NCBI GenBank assembly: GCA_963705295.1
Contig: OY970065.1
Coordinates: 1,728,001 to 1,792,000, forward strand
From: Parachlamydiales bacterium
GTDB taxonomy: Bacteria > Chlamydiota > Chlamydiia > Chlamydiales > Rhabdochlamydiaceae
Length of the DNA: 64,000 nt
Direction: 5' to 3'
Under the pieces are notes generated by a model. That model searched no databases, was not told where the DNA came from, and worked only from the letters and a program-made list of their open reading frames with translations. The translations under genes were made by a program, and so were the position numbers. Of the stretch, positions 59,463 to 64,000 are shown piece by piece; position 1 is the first letter of the stretch, and each line of letters starts with the position of its first letter.

Positions 59463-61562
59463 ATGGAGAGCTACCTACACTCAGACCATTTCGACCTGAT
59501 TACACCTGACGGTCGAATCACCGCCATCACGAAACGATTTATAGAAGTCACGATTGAAAATATTTCTTCGGCCTTTAAAGGATTTACAATTGATCCAAAA
59601 CTTGTCACTTTTAATTTTAAAAGCACTCTTGCCCAGCTAGGTCTCAATGCAACGACGGAGGGTATCGAGCTCGATGCAAAATCGTTTCTAGCAAAAGTCC
59701 ATCTTCAGATTGAATCACTCGATCCCGTTGGAAACAAGCTTCTTCCCCTTCTCACCCCGGGAGCATATATTGGAAAACTGTTCGCCGCCGATGATCGGAG
59801 ACGGGTCCGCGATCCCGAATATCTTTCCCGTATGTTTGGACGGTCTGACCGGCACGGGCTCCCTCTTCTTTCTCTGGGAGGATTGCAAGGGAGTGACGAA
59901 CTCATCTTGGAAAAGATTGAAGGCCGAACGGTTGCATTCTTGGCTCTATTGGAAGGGGTTTTAGTCTACGACAACGAAGTCGAAGGACTCCTCCCCGTTC
60001 TCGCCAAAGCTCTCCATATTCCGTATCTCAAGACGAGAACTCTCCTCCAAATCGAACAGATTTGGAAACCGGGCGCTTCTCGGACGGTCAAAGAAGGTGA
60101 AATTCTCCTCGTTCGGACACTCCCCCTCCATGTCCGCACCGTCTTTGGCAGAGTTGCTACAGAACTTCTCCCCAAGGGTGTTCATCATACTTCTGCCTCC
60201 GTCCTCCAACCCGATACAAAGGCATCTGGAGATATCTATGAACTCTTTGGATCTTCAACGCATGAAGTGCGCGATATGCCGCTCGAATTTTTCACTCTAG
60301 AGCCTCATCGTGAACATGTCTTTTTTGCTGACAGAGATCAGCTCCAGAGTTCTCTTGAAAATCCAGAAATTGTTTTTAAAGCTTTTGACACAGCTCCAGC
60401 ACCGGAACATCAACTAGCAGCTGTATTTGTTGTGAAGGGCGAGCAGCTCCTCAATCTGCAGCCACACGATTGGATCGCCCGGGAACCGCACATGACCGAA
60501 TTCCCAGGGATTGTCAATCCGTCCAGGCAAGCGGCTGCCGTCGAACATTATATCCAGCAACAACCGGCTCTCCCCTTTTTGAAAGCGATCGAAGAAGGGC
60601 TCATCACGAGCGAAGGTGTTCTCTTTACCCGGTATTTCCCCTCGCCTCTTCTCAAACAAATGCTCCTCGGCGCTCAAATTCACCGGAACCTCAAACGGAT
60701 CTATTTTAAATACCCTTCTCGAACCTATGGAAATTATTTTTCCCACGAAGACCGATCTCTCCTGCTCGATCTAGCCAAATTCGGGATACCCACCTATTGG
60801 GTCGATCAAATCAGTCAAAACATCTTGCAATACATCCCTAAACCTGGAAAAGACTCGGGGATGTTTGTCCCGCTGGGTAGCATCGAAACTTTTTTGAAAG
60901 CAACCCTCTTCGGAATTTATGGGTCCAATCTCTTTGAGGACACCCATTTCGAGCAAGAACTGACAAAACTTCTCGAAGGAGTGGTGCAACTTTCGAAAGA
61001 AATGCACCACCCTCTTCTCAATAGTGACACACCCGTGGCTCTCGTCACAGGAGGAGGTCCTGGCTCGATGAGCATCGGAAATCGTGTTGCAAAATCACTC
61101 GGCATTCTATCATGTGCCAATATCATGGATTTTCGGGGAAATGGCGAGCGCGTTGTCAATGAACAAAAACCAAACCCATACGTCGACGCCAAAATGACCT
61201 ACCGTTTAGACAAACTGGTCGAAAGACAAGCTGAGTTCAATCTCGATTTTCCCATTTTTCTCCTGGGAGGCATTGGGTCCGATTTTGAATATTGTTTAGA
61301 AGAAGTCCGCCGCAAAGTGGGAGCTACCCCTGCCACGCCTGTTCTTCTCTTCGGCAAAACCGACTATTGGAAACAAAAAATCACATCCCGTTTCCGTTGC
61401 AATCTAGAAACCGGAACCATCACCGGCTCCGAATGGGTCAGCAATTGTTTTTACTGCATCCAAAATGCGCAGCAAGGGCTCAAAATATATAAGCAATTTT
61501 TCAGCGGCACCCTGAAAATTGGAGTCAACGGACCGATCTTCGAAGATGGGTTCTATTCTTAG
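59463..61562 (+). CDS. Conserved chlamydial protein with C-terminal LOG/SLOG-like domain
   Basis: VTGGGPGSM, ERQ, GGIGSDFE, PVLL motifs. Confidence 0.8.
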   Translation: MESYLHSDHFDLITPDGRITAITKRFIEVTIENISSAFKGFTIDPKLVTFNFKSTLAQLGLNATTEGIELDAKSFLAKVHLQIESLDPVGNKLLPLLTPGAYIGKLFAADDRRRVRDPEYLSRMFGRSDRHGLPLLSLGGLQGSDELILEKIEGRTVAFLALLEGVLVYDNEVEGLLPVLAKALHIPYLKTRTLLQIEQIWKPGASRTVKEGEILLVRTLPLHVRTVFGRVATELLPKGVHHTSASVLQPDTKASGDIYELFGSSTHEVRDMPLEFFTLEPHREHVFFADRDQLQSSLENPEIVFKAFDTAPAPEHQLAAVFVVKGEQLLNLQPHDWIAREPHMTEFPGIVNPSRQAAAVEHYIQQQPALPFLKAIEEGLITSEGVLFTRYFPSPLLKQMLLGAQIHRNLKRIYFKYPSRTYGNYFSHEDRSLLLDLAKFGIPTYWVDQISQNILQYIPKPGKDSGMFVPLGSIETFLKATLFGIYGSNLFEDTHFEQELTKLLEGVVQLSKEMHHPLLNSDTPVALVTGGGPGSMSIGNRVAKSLGILSCANIMDFRGNGERVVNEQKPNPYVDAKMTYRLDKLVERQAEFNLDFPIFLLGGIGSDFEYCLEEVRRKVGATPATPVLLFGKTDYWKQKITSRFRCNLETGTITGSEWVSNCFYCIQNAQQGLKIYKQFFSGTLKIGVNGPIFEDGFYS

Positions 61563-62749
61563 AATCCCCACGAGAACCCAACCTCCCCGTATTGAGTCCG
61601 TTTTTTGAAGAACTGACCCTCGTACGAATATCCTTGGTGATACGCCAGATAAACGCGCATCTTTCGACCCACACCTTGTAGTTTACTGATCTCGTATCCT
61701 AGCTTAAACGTGCTGTCGATGTTCCAATGACGCTCTTGCCAGTTTTCCATATGGGCCGCAAAAAAGGGAGTTCCAAATAGACGGTGGTAGTTGAGCTTTT
61801 GACCAAAAAGGCGGAGCTCTGTCCCCCAAAATATGTAGAGAGGTTTCATTTTATAGGTATGATCACTCGCAAAAACACATCCAGGACCCCCATAGACCCG
61901 AAGACCACTTGTAAATTGATACGAGCCGATGAGATCGATCGCCTCGAAGCTCGGATTTCTCCGTTTCTTCACCAAATGAGGCCGATTACAAAGCACTTCA
62001 TCGCCCAAATGCCCCGAGATATGATAGACCCTTCCACGGAATGACCATTTATCAAACGCATAACTGAGCGGAACTCCCACCAAATAATCGGTATTGATCA
62101 GCTCGCATGTATTGTGTCTTCGGTGCGGAACATGGCTAAAATTGAAGACCGCCCAGACACCCGCTTGGATTCCAATCTGCAAATCCCCATGCCACCGGAA
62201 AACATCGTGCCACCGAAAAATCGGAAAATCATCCCCGAGTGATACCGCCACCGCTTCTTTTCCCACCACGTGATCGCCAAACCGCCAATTCGCCGAATAC
62301 ATCGGCTCTCTCGGATCGGCAATGAGGGGCAAAAACAGCACCGTCGACTGTGGAAACCATATCCCCGAAACCCGGGGCGCTTCCGTATAAATGACCTTTG
62401 TCTGCAATTCCTCCGGAGTCAGCTCCTTGCGCACCTCGACCGAAGTCACCCCCGGCAGATCTTGCACATAGGTCACAATACTCTTTGCAATCAGATCGTT
62501 TTTCGGAAGATTCGACAAAATAACACGATGATCTTTGACCAAAACCACAACGCTATAATCGTAATAGTTGACATCGATCAGCGCCTGAATATACCCCTCT
62601 AGATAAGGGTCAGTCGCATGCTCAAAACTCTCAACAGGCAAACTGTCTCCCCGTTTAATCACAGACAGTTCCGGATCAATTTTAACAATCTCCTGGGCTC
62701 CCAATGTCAATGCGGCCAATCCAAGCAGCCCAATCCAACGGTACATAGA
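61559..62749 (-). CDS. DUF1207-like exported/outer-membrane protein
   Basis: Signal peptide at ATG 62749; PLIADPREP, LINTDY, YHISGHLGDE, GYSYEGQF, terminal WGF. Confidence 0.82.
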   Translation of the reverse strand, partial: SMYRWIGLLGLAALTLGAQEIVKIDPELSVIKRGDSLPVESFEHATDPYLEGYIQALIDVNYYDYSVVVLVKDHRVILSNLPKNDLIAKSIVTYVQDLPGVTSVEVRKELTPEELQTKVIYTEAPRVSGIWFPQSTVLFLPLIADPREPMYSANWRFGDHVVGKEAVAVSLGDDFPIFRWHDVFRWHGDLQIGIQAGVWAVFNFSHVPHRRHNTCELINTDYLVGVPLSYAFDKWSFRGRVYHISGHLGDEVLCNRPHLVKKRRNPSFEAIDLIGSYQFTSGLRVYGGPGCVFASDHTYKMKPLYIFWGTELRLFGQKLNYHRLFGTPFFAAHMENWQERHWNIDSTFKLGYEISKLQGVGRKMRVYLAYHQGYSYEGQFFKKRTQYGEVGFSWGF

Positions 62750-62845
62750 TCTCCTTAATCCTTCTATATCGAACTCCCCTATATTATCCAAAAAATTTTT
62801 TACATTGCTTCGCCAACTTTTCTCCGATATGATTTTCCCCTATTC

Positions 62846-62919
<74 letters not shown>

Positions 62920-63152
62920 CATTTCTCAAGGAAGCCACAGTCAACACCAGAACAGCAAGACGACAAAAGACCCCCATTCACAATAGATTGAAAAACTATT
63001 CTAGCTCCATTATGCGGTTGTACTGTTTGGCGATTGGGAAAAAATATCCGAACTGACGAGAAAATTTTCTCTTTGGAAACTGCTCACAAGGAAAGGTTTT
63101 TTATGATGCCGGCCTTTCTGTCGGAAACGAATTTCGTGATAAGATATCCGCT

Positions 63153-63899
63153 TTATGGCACGCCAGCATTGAATTTATCCAAAAAGAATTTTTTAAACCA
63201 GGCTGGGATTTGATCGGTTTTCATCTCGAGGGAGCTGCCATCGGTGATTTCTGCAAGCCAAACATGTTCATGGGTTGAATTATCGAAGATATAGGCTCGA
63301 TGTGTGAATTGAACAGCCTGTACTAATAGATCCAGAGAACGTTTGTAACGACTTACAATCTTGTCTTCGGGTACAGAATGACCTCCCCTGCTAACTCTAT
63401 ATCGGACGCGAGAAACATTTATCTCAGGATTTTCTGTGGCCACGTAATATAGATAAGTACGATAACCTCTGGATTGTGCTTTGCGGAGAAGCTCTATTTT
63501 ATCAGGAAAAGACATGACAGTTTCAAAGGTGAAAGATGTTGTAGATTGGATTAACTTTTGGCGAATAAAGTCAGCTGCAACGGAGGCAAAATAAGCATCG
63601 ATCTTTGATTCGTGAAAGGATAGTTTATTCTCATTAAAGCGTAATGTACATGTCTCGTCCAGGCTGCCCGATTCCAGCAGCAGAGGGGATTTGTTAAAGA
63701 AGCCGAGGATTTCTTGTTCTGATGTTGTTACTTGATAGGCATCAAGATCGAGAAACCCATAATTTCGGATTTCTTTTTCAATTTCATCAGGATTTATATA
63801 GACGCCAAGGAGCTCTTGACGAAGCATTTTTTTAAACGTGCTTTTGCCCGATCCATTGGGTCCAGCAAACATACGAAGACGTGGAGTATTTAGAATCAT
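63153..63899 (-). CDS. Zeta-toxin-like P-loop kinase (COG4185-type)
   Basis: AGPNGSGKST, INPDEI, FETVMS, RVSRGGHSVP, IFDNS. Confidence 0.88.
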   Translation of the reverse strand: MILNTPRLRMFAGPNGSGKSTFKKMLRQELLGVYINPDEIEKEIRNYGFLDLDAYQVTTSEQEILGFFNKSPLLLESGSLDETCTLRFNENKLSFHESKIDAYFASVAADFIRQKLIQSTTSFTFETVMSFPDKIELLRKAQSRGYRTYLYYVATENPEINVSRVRYRVSRGGHSVPEDKIVSRYKRSLDLLVQAVQFTHRAYIFDNSTHEHVWLAEITDGSSLEMKTDQIPAWFKKFFLDKFNAGVP

Positions 63900-64000
63900 T
63901 TTAATTCAAACCTTTGGCCACGCTTTACTGGTATCCAAGCAGGTAATTTCTTAATGAATTTACGCGTTCCATCAGGGAACACCTCTACGAGACTTCCATT
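63896..64000 (-). CDS. 3' end of upstream gene, candidate antitoxin (partial)
   Basis: NGSLVEVFPDGTRKFIKKLPAWIPVKRGQRFELK*; ATGA overlap with kinase start. Confidence 0.6.
   Translation of the reverse strand, partial: NGSLVEVFPDGTRKFIKKLPAWIPVKRGQRFELK

Overview
Window from an environmental Chlamydiota (Chlamydiae) chromosome. This is inferred from chlamydial gene orders (sufE/infA-tRNA-Thr-tuf-tRNA-Trp-secE-nusG-rplKAJL-rpoBC; fabH-fabD-fabG-acpP; HEAT-HIT-MYG1-LOG-like-DUF1207) and from many eukaryote-like effector genes. Core blocks alternate with accessory patches. (1) 1-6.2 kb: ankyrin protein, a PARP-like ADP-ribosyltransferase fused to Sel1 repeats, hypotheticals, and a stray diverged 107-bp copy of the rpoC 3' end. 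(2) 21-28 kb: F-box/LRR/ankyrin gene coupled to a candidate ART-fold gene, a stress-gene cluster, a 170-nt hairpin, and a DUF952-peptide deformylase fusion. (3) 41.8-55.2 kb: effector island with F-box proteins, a RING-H2 protein, four paralogs of an uncharacterised 'HDxxH...DME' family with mosaic N-termini, and a second candidate ART-fold gene. (4) A zeta-toxin-like module beside tRNA(CAT). The tuf-rpoC block (28.6-40.8 kb) is full of small frameshifts, most likely an assembly/consensus artefact. By eye, core DNA flanking the accessory patches shows a C/G skew pointing at the patch regardless of gene orientation. All protein family calls are from motif recognition by eye; no searches were run.
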